Virus record (IMG/VR): IMGVR_UViG_2788500181_000007 | Source of the DNA: an uncultured virus (IMG/VR IMGVR_UViG_2788500181_000007) | Lineage: Duplodnaviria > Heunggongvirae > Uroviricota > Caudoviricetes | Reading direction: 5' to 3' (one strand) | Length of the DNA stretch: 64,000 bases | In this document: piece after piece, positions 1 through 10,500 of the stretch | How the letters are laid out: each line of letters starts with the position of its first letter | Numbering within the stretch: the stretch's first letter is position 1 | Translations under genes and position numbers: made by a program | Notes under the pieces: model-generated | What the model was told of the DNA's origin: nothing | Database searches by the model: none | The model's input: only the letters and a program-made list of their open reading frames with translations

Positions 1-759
1 ATTCGCGAAAGTATCGGTGAAAAGCGAAGTTAAATAGTTTACACCGTTCACCGCTATGTTACCTCCTATGTTGTTTCCTGTCTCTATGGTTCGCATGTTC
101 CGTCCAACTGCAAATACCGTCACCCCGTCAGGCATTGCAATATCTTGGTTATTGATGACGTAGGGGGATGCTATACCGTTAGCAGGCTGTACCATGAAGT
201 CTCTAACTTGGCCATTCCCAAGATCTTCCGTCCAGAATGCGGGTAGTGACGCCCCGACCGTTGCTGGAAATTGCCAGGCGCCTTGAGAGTCGTGACGGAT
301 GATTCCTGCATACCCAGAATCCATTTTGGTCTGAGGAACGGTAGCAGCACCTTGTCCTGAATCAACATACCCTGTGGAAGATCTTTCCATATCCAGGTGG
401 AGAACAGGTTCAACCGACACGTTGTACTGGCTTGCCGTGTCAGGGTCACCGTTAGGGTATGCGAGATCGTTAACGCGATCTTGTACATATTGAACGGGCG
501 AAGGTATCCCTGCCGCAGATTCGCCACCTTTGACAGTGGATATCCGGTAGGCGTACCTTTTTCCACCCTCTACAGTAGTGTCGGTATATGATCCGTTTGC
601 TTGTGTGGGATCAAGACCCCCGGATGCGGAGTTGTCCAGCTCGACGGGTGCGGATGCATTTGCATGTCCGAAGGGAAAACCTTCGGAACGTTCGACCTTG
701 GTCGTTTCTGGATTAAGAGCGGTGGACTTGTTTGTCCAAGTTAGATTTGCTGTAGGCAT
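1..759 (-). CDS. Virion/tail-associated protein, N-terminal part (FN3-like domain); runs off the left edge
   Basis: Hand-translated open frame from ATG at 759 (MPTANLTWTNKS...YTDTTVEGGKRYAYRISTV...), no stop before base 1, so absent from the ORF track; YTD..V..G..Y.YRI is FN3-like. Confidence 0.7.
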   Translation of the reverse strand, partial: MPTANLTWTNKSTALNPETTKVERSEGFPFGHANASAPVELDNSASGGLDPTQANGSYTDTTVEGGKRYAYRISTVKGGESAAGIPSPVQYVQDRVNDLAYPNGDPDTASQYNVSVEPVLHLDMERSSTGYVDSGQGAATVPQTKMDSGYAGIIRHDSQGAWQFPATVGASLPAFWTEDLGNGQVRDFMVQPANGIASPYVINNQDIAMPDGVTVFAVGRNMRTIETGNNIGGNIAVNGVNYLTSLFTDTFAN

Positions 760-771
760 GATAAGTATTTG

Positions 772-1656
772 TTAGTATGAAACTGATATGGTGACCCCGA
801 CTGGGTCGTTTAGTAAGTCGCTTGATGATGGTGAGTAACTATGGGTGAGCCCGAAAGGTGCTGTTATTAAATCTTCGTACACAGGGGTGATGGTAAGGTC
901 GGTTGGCGGTATAGGTAGATCCTTCGCGGCTAGAGCCAACCAAAGCGTACCGTTCCATATGATCACACGCTCGGTATCGGTCTCGAATTTCATCTCTCCG
1001 ACCGAAGAGCCCGTCCCTCGTGTTTCGGAAGTGGTGACTTCCATCTGTCCGGCACCCTCGCCAGCTGGTCCCTGAGGCCCAAGAGGCCCTACTGGTCCTT
1101 GTGCTCCGTCAGCACCGTCTGGTCCTGTGGCTCCGGTTGCACCGGCGGCTCCTGCTGGCCCCTCAATACCCTGAGCCCCATCAGCACCTTGTGCTCCGGG
1201 GGCGCCCTGTGCGGCTATGAGTGCCCAATACGGGTCGCCTGTGTTTCCTAGAGGTGCCGAGCTGGTGTGAGCCTGAATGCAGAAATAGGAAGCTCCGTTA
1301 TAGCCCACGGTATCGTTAAGGCCGTACGTAGTAGAATTGTCCCAAGCACCTTGCCAAGTCAGTCCGGCGGGTGAAGGTGGTCCCGCATCACCTTTAGGAC
1401 CGGTAATACCTTGGATACCTTGCTGACCCTGAGCGCCCGCTGCACCGGTTTCGCCTTGCTGACCATCGGCACCGGCTGGGCCCTGGGGTCCTTGAACACC
1501 CTGAGCGCCGTCTGCACCGTCTGCACCGGTGGCACCAGCGGGACCTTGTGGCCCTTGTGGCCCTTGAGTACCACCCCCACCTTCGCCACGCCCGAAAGGA
1601 CGTACGCGGTCAGCGATATTTATAAAGTCTTCGGTCTTTGCGTTAGTGCTCATCAA
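772..1656 (-). CDS. Collagen-like tail fibre protein with carbohydrate-binding-module-like insert
   Basis: Two long Gly-X-Y tracts flanking WQGAWDNSTTYGLNDTVGYNGASYFCIQAHTS (CBM5/12-like). Confidence 0.8.
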   Translation of the reverse strand: MMSTNAKTEDFINIADRVRPFGRGEGGGGTQGPQGPQGPAGATGADGADGAQGVQGPQGPAGADGQQGETGAAGAQGQQGIQGITGPKGDAGPPSPAGLTWQGAWDNSTTYGLNDTVGYNGASYFCIQAHTSSAPLGNTGDPYWALIAAQGAPGAQGADGAQGIEGPAGAAGATGATGPDGADGAQGPVGPLGPQGPAGEGAGQMEVTTSETRGTGSSVGEMKFETDTERVIIWNGTLWLALAAKDLPIPPTDLTITPVYEDLITAPFGLTHSYSPSSSDLLNDPVGVTISVSY

Positions 1657-1946
1657 ATAGCTTTCTCTCTTCTTCTGGGTTTAAACATCTCGGGGTTTGC
1701 AATTTTTCTATTTTTCACCTCTATTTTGAGGACCGTCTCCGCGAGAGATAGCGGCGATAGGCCCTCAAGCGCGTTAACGACGGCCTTGAGAGCAAGAGTT
1801 TCTTCGGGCGACGTGGTCTTGTCAAGAAGTCTTGTGAGGTGCCGAGCTCTTTCCGTCTGAAAACGTTTCTCAAGATGGATAAAAGCTTCATCTACTGTGA
1901 GTCTCTTGATATCAGCAAGCTGATCAAATACGATTACGTCGGTCAT
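1653..1946 (-). CDS. Hypothetical protein (97 aa, MTDVIVFDQL...)
   Basis: ATGA start/stop coupling with both neighbours favours the ATG at 1946. Confidence 0.6.
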   Translation of the reverse strand: MTDVIVFDQLADIKRLTVDEAFIHLEKRFQTERARHLTRLLDKTTSPEETLALKAVVNALEGLSPLSLAETVLKIEVKNRKIANPEMFKPRRREKAI

Positions 1947-3406
1947 AATGCTGCGATGACGAAGGCCAAAAGTTCTTCGTAACGAAGGGTGTACATACTC
2001 TTTTGCTCGCCGGTCTCTTCGTCCTCCCACTCGTTATAACAAAACAAACCGTAGTCATGTGCATCGAGTTCCTCGGCTTCAAAGGCTGCTTTTACATCCT
2101 GAGCTATTACACCCACATGCGTCCTTGATCCGCCCTTCATCTTGAACTTTTTGACCAGCCCTTTGATGGCTGTGGCGACGCGTAGCTCGGCTTCCGAGAG
2201 GTCTTCTATGTCGGTCTTGTAATTCTCATCGGAGGTGGACTGTGTTCCATTGACAGAGAAAACGGTATTCCATCGATTAGCCGCCGTACCGCACGACATG
2301 CTGTTATCGTGGTTTACAGAAAGGTAGCCACCAGCCCCGTTAGAATTGACAGTGTCCGTGTTTTGTAACCAGAAACCGTTCGTATCGCCGTCGTTAAATC
2401 CGAACCACATACGATTATAATCCGACTGTAGGTCTGCATGAAACATCTTGCCAATCGAACCTACTTTATTCGTATGCCACCTAAAAATTGCTTGGTTTCC
2501 AGTCGGGTCGGTGTTTTCGAGAAATATGGCAGCGGCGCCGTTGGGGGCAGCGTATTCTATATTTGTATGACCCTTAACCTGAAGTTTTCCGTCTACATTT
2601 AATTTATAATTTCCGTCCGTACCACCAATTCCAACTACGCCCCCGCCTTGTGCGGTGGGTGAGATGTCAACCTTGAATAGCGTGCCCCCGACTTGGAGGT
2701 CGCCACCCACGACCGTGTGACCGTCAAGTTGGACTTCTGCCGTACCATCCCCGGTGTCACCACCAGGAGTGATGTGAATACCGGTCTCGTCTTGGTCGAT
2801 TGTTCCTGTCGGGTCAGTTACACCATCTGGATAGGTAAGTGAAATCGACTGCCCGCTTGTGTGTGGGCTGGAAGTTCCGGCAGTTCCGTTAGCGGCGGTC
2901 GTTATCCGTCCATCTTCGTCTACGGTAATATCTGCATTAGTATAGCTCCCTGCTGTAACAGCGGTGTTTTGTAGTTGCGAACCGGTAATCGAGCCAGTCA
3001 TGACCTTGTTACCATCCAAACTTATGATCTTACTACTCGGAATGGAGTTTGCGATCAGTTTGTCTTCCGTAATTGATGCGTTTGCAATCTTACTCCCGCT
3101 AAGCGAATTATTGACGATCTTGGAACCGTCTACGCTTATGATATTTTCGTTCGTGATCGTGTTGTTTGCAATATTGCTCCCAGTAATCGTACCAGAGGCA
3201 ATATTAACCCCCGCAATGGTACCTGATGCAATATTACCCCCGGTAACAGTACCTGACGCTAGTTTATCTCCCGTTACGGCGCCGGGTTGGATAGTGTCGG
3301 CAATCCCTCCCCCAGTGCCGTCCGCGAGATTGGCTAGAGTACTCCCATGCTCGGCACGAACTAAGGTAGCCCCTTTAAGTTTTTTCTTTTTTCCTGGAAT
3401 AGGCAT
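1943..3406 (-). CDS. Tail fibre/spike with C-terminal intramolecular chaperone (peptidase S74-like)
   Basis: IASGTITGSNI-type repeats; STSDENYKTDIEDL...HVGVIAQDV...LRYEELLAFVIAAL chaperone signature. Confidence 0.85.
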   Translation of the reverse strand: MPIPGKKKKLKGATLVRAEHGSTLANLADGTGGGIADTIQPGAVTGDKLASGTVTGGNIASGTIAGVNIASGTITGSNIANNTITNENIISVDGSKIVNNSLSGSKIANASITEDKLIANSIPSSKIISLDGNKVMTGSITGSQLQNTAVTAGSYTNADITVDEDGRITTAANGTAGTSSPHTSGQSISLTYPDGVTDPTGTIDQDETGIHITPGGDTGDGTAEVQLDGHTVVGGDLQVGGTLFKVDISPTAQGGGVVGIGGTDGNYKLNVDGKLQVKGHTNIEYAAPNGAAAIFLENTDPTGNQAIFRWHTNKVGSIGKMFHADLQSDYNRMWFGFNDGDTNGFWLQNTDTVNSNGAGGYLSVNHDNSMSCGTAANRWNTVFSVNGTQSTSDENYKTDIEDLSEAELRVATAIKGLVKKFKMKGGSRTHVGVIAQDVKAAFEAEELDAHDYGLFCYNEWEDEETGEQKSMYTLRYEELLAFVIAAL

Positions 3407-3409
3407 AGC

Positions 3410-4990
3410 TTAAATTTTGGGTATAATAACACCGCACCCGGAAGCGGTTCTGATTATTAGTCTACCGCCAGTTAAGGCGGTATTGCTGGTATCCGTGTGG
3501 TTCGTGATCGTGACTGTTCGGGTAGATCCGGACGAATAGGATGAAGTCCTTGCTGTAGGTACTGGGTTAACCGTGGTAGTCATACCAACCGTCGTATCGT
3601 AGAATGATATGATACCTTCTGTTGGTCCAGCGGCCATCCTAGATGTCGGACTTAGATTTTCGAAAAGCGGATGGTAACCGCTTGGCAGGTACTCGGTATT
3701 CGCCAGCATAGTGCTGATTTGGTACGCAGGGTCGCCTGCTGCATTATTAGCGTTTGTGTTTCTGTCCACGCCCGTACCGCTTGCACCACTCGTAAACTGG
3801 AAACCGAATTTAGCAACCATAGGATTCACGTTCATCTGATATTCTCCGTGGTCGTTCAACCCGATCCAACCGCCTCCCTGGTCCATGAAAGTGTGGATTG
3901 CTTCAATGAGGTGGCTTGAATAATACGGAAGTGTGGGGGAAGCCCCGAAATCAGCAGCAGATACCGTGATCAAGGTGTCGTATTGATTGAGGTAGCTTAG
4001 GTATGATTGTACAGTTTCACTTGCGTCATTCGCCATAAACCAGTTGTAGTGGCTCGCATTAGCTGTCTGACCTTTCCAGTATTCAAATGTTCTACCTGAG
4101 AGACCGGTAAGGGCTGATAAGGAATTGTCATAGTCACCTACGTCGTACTTCCCAGGAGTTGACGGCGTAGGATGCCCGGGATTGTCATTGAGATACAGAA
4201 CTTTATTCGTCTTGTTAAACTGCCTACTTGTGTAATTTATGGCATTTAACATGAACGGAAACTGCGCGGGTACGTTTGATGCGTACACATTGTTTGCGTA
4301 GGAGGCGTTCCACTCCTGGTCCCGGTATTTTTGCCAACCAGCGTCGAACACTGCTCGACCGCCCGTAGTTTGTGAGCTTGAGTCGAAACCCGTACCCTCT
4401 ACGACTGCTAAGAATATGTCTCCGAATTCATCGTTTGCCAAAGGTCGAATCAAGCCGCGTGTTTCAACATTATTCAAGGCCTCGGAAACAAATACGCCTT
4501 CGTTAGGAATGTTTGTTGTGACCTCTAAGGTGTAAGTCCCGTCTCCGTCGTCAGTGCGTGTCGCACTAAATTGCGTACAAGGGTCTGTAATTTGCCCTCC
4601 TAAAGTGGTCATCGACGCGAAATTGGAGTAGAGGGCTCCGTTCGGACCGGTTGCTTTTACTCGAACATAGTGAACAACTTGAGGGTCAAGGTTTCGGTAA
4701 AGCTTGTTTAACAACTGGTTTGTTGAGGTGAACGTTTGAACAATCGCTGCCTCGAAGGCGGCTTCGGAATCAGCGTTTGTAGATATAGAATATTCGTAGT
4801 TGTTGTAGGGTGTGAAATCACCGATGTAGCTGAAGCTAAACGATAACGAACTGTAGTCTACATAACCCGGGGACGAGGTTATCCTATTCCTCTCCCAAAT
4901 GAGGACGTTTTCATTGAAGAAGCGGTCAACCTGTTGACCGTCAAACTGTATATCCAGAGTATCCCCTAAATCTATGGATTGAGTCGGCAT
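3410..4990 (-). CDS. Putative virion protein with FN3-like and GATase1/DUF4350-like regions
   Basis: 526-aa ORF among fibre genes; HYVRVKATGPNG (FN3-like); YDTLI...IEAIHTFMDQGGGWIGLNDH...VNPMVAKFG. Confidence 0.55.
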   Translation of the reverse strand: MPTQSIDLGDTLDIQFDGQQVDRFFNENVLIWERNRITSSPGYVDYSSLSFSFSYIGDFTPYNNYEYSISTNADSEAAFEAAIVQTFTSTNQLLNKLYRNLDPQVVHYVRVKATGPNGALYSNFASMTTLGGQITDPCTQFSATRTDDGDGTYTLEVTTNIPNEGVFVSEALNNVETRGLIRPLANDEFGDIFLAVVEGTGFDSSSQTTGGRAVFDAGWQKYRDQEWNASYANNVYASNVPAQFPFMLNAINYTSRQFNKTNKVLYLNDNPGHPTPSTPGKYDVGDYDNSLSALTGLSGRTFEYWKGQTANASHYNWFMANDASETVQSYLSYLNQYDTLITVSAADFGASPTLPYYSSHLIEAIHTFMDQGGGWIGLNDHGEYQMNVNPMVAKFGFQFTSGASGTGVDRNTNANNAAGDPAYQISTMLANTEYLPSGYHPLFENLSPTSRMAAGPTEGIISFYDTTVGMTTTVNPVPTARTSSYSSGSTRTVTITNHTDTSNTALTGGRLIIRTASGCGVIIPKI

Positions 4991-5262
4991 CAGGTAGTTA
5001 TCGTTAAAACTTTGGTTGTGCTGTTGTATGTGAAGGTCGGAGTAGTACCGTCTGCTCCGTCTGCACCGTCTGCTCCGTCTGACCCGTTTGCTCCAGCTGC
5101 TCCAGCTGCTCCAGCTGGTCCTTGAGGTCCTTGAGGTCCTTGCGGTCCTTGTGCACCTGTGGGTAGACTGCCCCCGTCAAACAAGTCGGCCAAAGCACTT
5201 CCGTGCTCGGCACGAATAAGGGTGTGCCCTTTGCTTTTTTTCTTTTTTCCTGGTATTGGCAT
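4990..5262 (-). CDS. Short collagen-like fibre protein
   Basis: GPQ/GAA/GAD triplets; first ~30 aa nearly identical to the 1943-3406 fibre. Confidence 0.75.
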   Translation of the reverse strand: MPIPGKKKKSKGHTLIRAEHGSALADLFDGGSLPTGAQGPQGPQGPQGPAGAAGAAGANGSDGADGADGADGTTPTFTYNSTTKVLTITT

Positions 5263-5268
5263 GAGTAA

Positions 5269-5304
5269 ACTATGCGTCTGTTGCCCCGCGGGGACAACCG
5301 GTTG
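5269..5304 (-). promoter_or_regulatory. Putative late promoter: CAACCGGTTG-N20-CATAGT, 6 nt before ATG 5262
   Basis: Same motif and spacing found at four sites in the structural regions. Confidence 0.6.
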
Positions 5305-5307
5305 TTC

Positions 5308-5523
5308 CTATCTTACTATGGAAGAAGCGCGATTAGCTTTGGTTATGTCTACGCCATCGTAGTCCACGCCCAACGTAGCTCCAAAAGCGGGGAACTCGGC
5401 CGAAAAGGCCTTTTCGCGGGTGGAGAAAAACGCTGAGAGGCGTTTACGTGTGCGTAGAAGGGGCATTTTACGTAGAAAGGGCGTCTTCACCTGTCTCTGA
5501 CTACCTGAGTGTAAGTATTTCAT
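5308..5523 (-). CDS. Hypothetical basic protein (71 aa)
   Basis: Fills the gap directly after portal, same strand. Confidence 0.55.
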   Translation of the reverse strand: MKYLHSGSQRQVKTPFLRKMPLLRTRKRLSAFFSTREKAFSAEFPAFGATLGVDYDGVDITKANRASSIVR

Positions 5524-5526
5524 AAT

Positions 5527-7554
5527 CTATTGGACTTGTTGTTGATATTGGTTAGCTCCTTGCGGATTAGAGTTTCCCATACCCTGGGTAGCGGCGGTTA
5601 TACCGTCACCGGGTTGTGGGGCTTCGCCTTGAGCGGCGTTATCACCCATCATTTTCATGATTTCAGCTTCCGTCTTGGGATCAGGCGGAGCTTCGGGCGG
5701 TAAAAGTTCATCGGTGTTTTCATAGCCCATGGCATCGAGGATGCGTTTAAGCATAGGACGCATGAATGGACGCATTTCCGGAGGAGATTGGAAGAATCGT
5801 TCTTGGGTCTGCAAGGCGAGGTTAGCTTTTTCAATCGCCCTTTGACCTTGGTCCTGAGACAGAATGACCTTCGTGTTAATTGCAACCTTTTCGATCCACT
5901 CCTTAGTCATCGTGGCAAACTCTCGGACGTCCCCTTCCATATACTCGAACACTTCTTCCTGGTCCATCGTGGACATGGAGATTTGAACGAGCTTGGTAAG
6001 GTGTCCCTCGAATCCTTTTACGATTCTACGCATCCAGCGCCTGCCAATCTTCGAAGCCTCACGAAGGGTAGCTTCTACACCGGTAGCGGTGTTAGCAGGA
6101 GCAAGGGCTTGGTAATCCCCCTGTGCCATATTGGAAACCCCGAGCCAAAGCTGAACGATGCCGAACACGAAATCGATCAGCTCTTGGGTCTTTTGGTCGA
6201 CATTCGGAACAGCGACGAAAGACATGAAGTCTTCAGCGGTGTATTGATCCTTGACCTCGAATATCTTACCGGCATACAGCTCGATATCTTCAGGTTCGTC
6301 TTCCACGGCTTGGGAGTTGACACAAGTTATGGGGTTGGCAGCAAGTTCATTACGGTAGCTCTGGCAGTTAAACTGTTTGTCTACGTAATTTTGAAAAATT
6401 TCGATTCTTTCAGGAAGGCTGGATCCACACCATCTGTTCCGCTCGCGCCCTATCGAGACGACATTGTAAGGAAGACGGTTATCCGGAGTGAGCTTAGCCA
6501 TGTACTCATAGTAGATGATCTTCTCTGTTTCCGTGTCTACGAATACGCAAAACTCCTGAGGCTCGCCAGTTCCAAGAACATCTCTCTTGAGCCAGCACTC
6601 GATAATCGGGACGCTCGGGTTATGGTCGGAATCAAAAGTAAGGTCTTCAATTCGTTCGGTGTTTCGATCATTCTCGGATCGCGGGTTGGCGTCTTTCTTA
6701 ACATTGTTAAGATAGTCTCCGAAACTAAACCATTCGCGCTCAAGAAACATGTCGCGGGCCCAGCGTAAGTCCTTGTCGTAAATCTCTACGACAATATCGG
6801 CTTTCTCCACGGATTCCGCGGTGCTTGGGCATAGGAAACGATCACTGTCTATGACCTCCGACCTTGGACCTTTGTACCTGACCATTTGNGTAGGTACTCC
6901 TTCCGGGAACGGTTGGAATTGGTGAACACCCGGGATCAGTTGGAAGGAAGGATCGTCCACCAGACGAGTAGCAGGCTGTCCGGTCATCTGATCCATCTCC
7001 GTGAAGAATTGCGATTCTCCCTCGATGATTGGTCCTTGGCCTGGTAGCTGTTCGAAGTCCTGAAGCTCGTTATTGAAGAGTGCATTCCGTTCGTGGTCAT
7101 ACCACATCGAAACATCCTCCTCGTAGACCGCTTTCAGGACGGCAGCCTGTTGGATGAATACATGCAGGTAAGATTCTTCTAAACGCTCACGCGTCTCCGC
7201 ACGGTCTTCGATCTTCCAGTTGAAATATTTGTCAAACGCTTCCGCAGTATTTTCGTCTTGAGCACCTTGAGCTTCGAATTTGAAATACGGACTGGTACCC
7301 GTGATCTCGTCCTCGGCACGAGCCATGAAGTGATCGACCACGAGCGAAGTCAAAGGTATGCTCATATTCGATTTCTCAAATATGCTGTCAGGAGTTACTC
7401 TGTCGTCTCGGATATTCTTATAGGTATTCCAAGAACGGCGATCCGCTTCGATCCGCGCACGGTTGTCCTCTTTAAGTTGGTCGACACGCTCTTTCAGATA
7501 CGTCCACAACTTTTCTTCCTGAACTTGATTTAATTTTAGATTCGATGGCTTCAT
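5527..7554 (-). CDS. Portal protein
   Basis: 675 aa; podovirus/P22-like portal pattern (LPYNVVSIG...GVSNMAQG...TATGV...), Q/P-rich tail, packaging-gene context. Confidence 0.8.
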   Translation of the reverse strand: MKPSNLKLNQVQEEKLWTYLKERVDQLKEDNRARIEADRRSWNTYKNIRDDRVTPDSIFEKSNMSIPLTSLVVDHFMARAEDEITGTSPYFKFEAQGAQDENTAEAFDKYFNWKIEDRAETRERLEESYLHVFIQQAAVLKAVYEEDVSMWYDHERNALFNNELQDFEQLPGQGPIIEGESQFFTEMDQMTGQPATRLVDDPSFQLIPGVHQFQPFPEGVPXQMVRYKGPRSEVIDSDRFLCPSTAESVEKADIVVEIYDKDLRWARDMFLEREWFSFGDYLNNVKKDANPRSENDRNTERIEDLTFDSDHNPSVPIIECWLKRDVLGTGEPQEFCVFVDTETEKIIYYEYMAKLTPDNRLPYNVVSIGRERNRWCGSSLPERIEIFQNYVDKQFNCQSYRNELAANPITCVNSQAVEDEPEDIELYAGKIFEVKDQYTAEDFMSFVAVPNVDQKTQELIDFVFGIVQLWLGVSNMAQGDYQALAPANTATGVEATLREASKIGRRWMRRIVKGFEGHLTKLVQISMSTMDQEEVFEYMEGDVREFATMTKEWIEKVAINTKVILSQDQGQRAIEKANLALQTQERFFQSPPEMRPFMRPMLKRILDAMGYENTDELLPPEAPPDPKTEAEIMKMMGDNAAQGEAPQPGDGITAATQGMGNSNPQGANQYQQQVQ

Positions 7555-7557
7555 GCT

Positions 7558-10500
7558 TTAGAATTGATATCCAAGGGCTCGTGCTTTCTTGTTAACCCGA
7601 ACCATTAACTTTAACTCTTTTCGCTGTATCTCGTCTACCCGTTGTATCTTCTCCCATTGATCCATGCTCGGGTGAGATTCGATCCTTTTCTTGAGTCGAC
7701 TAAATTTGTTCTTCTGCTTGGAGACTTCCTTAATCATCTCTTCCATGCTCATGATCTCGCGGTAGGTCTTGATAGCTTCGCCCTTGGCGACAGGACCCGC
7801 GGCTTCAGCGTTTTTCATCGCTACCTTTGCAGTCTCCAAGGAATCCCGTACGGAGTGGAAGTCTCTACGTACACTACTTCCATGGGTGGAACTACGTATG
7901 AATCGACTGACTACGGGGATGTCCTCAAACTTCATCGGTTCCGGATCTCCGATACCCATTGCGTTGTACCCCAGGCCGACCAACTGATCGATCATCGTAC
8001 CCGGACCACCTAAGTAACTCGTCCACAGATGTTGGAATTGCGATCCGGACATGTCAAACCTCCAGGCCGCATCTTCAGCCGTCATTGCGGGGTTGCCTCC
8101 GAATATACCCGAGAGGCTGCCTTTTTCGGCATCATCCCCGCCAAACATATGATTAAGCCCCCTTGAAAGATCTGTCCAATGTCTCGCCGTGTAGGGCGGG
8201 TCGTACTTGTGGGCAGGTTTATCCGCTTCCCATTGCGATTTTTCATACCGTATGGGGTTGCCCATGAAGTTCTTGTTCGCATAAAGCTGAGCAAGTGGCT
8301 TGGTTACGGTGGGGAAAATCATTGTGAGGGGGTCATCTGCCCCTAGAGGATTGACGGCATTGCTTATGGAGGTCGTCAATCGAGACAGGTCGCGCGACAT
8401 GGAATTGTCTACCCGATCGCCTCCTTGCAAGCCGTACTTGAAAATGTTGTCCCCAATGATCTGACCGATTGACCAGAATGCGTTGTACCCGAGAGGGAGA
8501 GGAAGTCGGAAATATCCGGTGTCTCGAGTTCCCGGAGATTTGTCATTCCACGGAAATCCGTCAGGCATGGGTATGATCAAGTAGGTATCGCGGACAAACG
8601 GACTGATCGTATCGTAATCATATTTGTCTTCGTCGTCGTCAGGATCGTCCATGAGACGGTTCATGATCGAAGACAATATGGAGGCTGCAACGATACCGCC
8701 TACGAGCTGCCATCTTTGCTCGGGTGTGCGCTCGGCAAACGCGCGGAACATTCTCTCGGTAGAGTTGACCGCAGCTCCGAAGAACACATACACCGAGCCC
8801 AAGGCGTTGGTCCAATTTCCTTTTTGGTTAAAGTCGACGGTTACGTTCCGTGCAATGTGAGTAGCTTCTTCGATCGTTCTGCCCTGCTCAAGCGCAGACC
8901 AGTATGCACTCATGCGCATGGAGTTTTCAAAAGCCGTGTTGAAGGTATCCACTACGCGGACGAAAGCCTTGCCAGAGGCAACTAGCCCCTTCTTAACATC
9001 ACCCCGTTTTGCCTTATTCAACTCCTTGTTGATGGCGCGCATTTCTTGGTGAATGGTTTTGTGCCTGAAGTATCCGACTTTCGCGCCGGATTGCTTGAAG
9101 AACGAGAACATGGCAACAGCCGCTTCTTTTCGCTTAGCTGAATTCCCGCTCTTAAAATCTGCAAGCAGGGCTTTCGCTGTGTCCATACTAAGGTCCAAGT
9201 CTTTACCCTTTAACGGGTCTTTTCCCTGCTCAACCAAGCTCTCATTCGTACGAATACCAGCCCATAGGCCGGAGATGTTACTCGCGCTTAGAGCACCTTT
9301 GGCCAGGTCCTTTTTGTCATCCGTGGTCAGGTGAATGGCTGCGGTTGCAAAGTCCCGTATAAAGTTGGGGATGATGAAAGCGGGGTTGGCCGAGGTGTAT
9401 ACGCGAGCAAGGAATTTCGTTCCGCTGTTAACCACGTTAGCAATCTCGGGAAGCGCTTGGTAGGCTTGGTTGCCCATGGCCCGTGCGATCCACTCACCCT
9501 CGGAGCCCTTGGAGTGTTCCTTCATCTTGATAAAGACCGGAACTCCTTCCTTGCGGAATACGAAAACATAAGGGTTGTCCTTGTAGAGTTGATTCAAGGA
9601 TTTCTGGGTAAACTTCAGATTGTTGATCGCTTCTCCGTTCTCATCAACCGCCTGAACATCTTCGAAATCGTAGGAGCGAACATCCTTGGTCGATTCAAAT
9701 TCCACTTCGAATACGTTATCGAAGTCTTCCTTTACCGCAGCGACGACATCAGGGTTTTTCATAATGTCTTGATATGTCTTGACGGATTGTGCATCTTCCT
9801 CGCTAGCAAATAGTTCGCCGTAAGTCATATCGGATCCTTCCCCCATCTTTTTGCCTGCGTAAGCGATGGCGCGCATGAACTGGTAAAGCTTGCCAAAGGA
9901 TTGACTGACTTCGTTCTTGTAGGAGCGAATTACCGTAGTTTGCCATTGCTCAAAGGCGGTAGCCAATACTTGCTCGGGGTTCGGAGCGTAGGACTTTTCC
10001 GTACGCCCGGTAAGGGCAGGATCCATGACCTGTTGCATCTTGGGCTGATTAAACCCTTTACCCGCGGTAGCACCTTTCTTTCCAAGCACGCTGAATGCCT
10101 CGTCCCGGTCATACAAAGCTTGCGTTTCTCCCTCGAAACCCTGCATGGGTACGTAGGAGTACTTGTTGTCAGGTAGTTTAACTATGGACTGATACTCTCC
10201 CGTCTTACCCGAACGCCAATCGTGGTAAGAAGCTGCGGCAAACATCCGTTCCTTCTCGGCGATCTCGGGATCCGTACGGATCATACCCGAACGATCAAGG
10301 TTCTCGATCGAGTCCTTGTTCATCTCGTAGATCAAATGGAGGGGTTTGTGAGAGCTTTTCAAAAAGTCCTGGAAGTGTTTGAGCCCCGGATCCGTCTCCA
10401 TGCGCTTCACGATTGCAATAGCATCAGGTGTGCGAATCCCGGAGAACGGAATCTCGGTCGCTTCGAGTTCGGCTATTGTTTTTTGAATATCCTCCTCCTT

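Noticed and set aside
5788..6768. Long plus-strand ORF (and similar ones at 10222, 15175, 46938)
   Set aside because: Antisense shadows of well-supported genes
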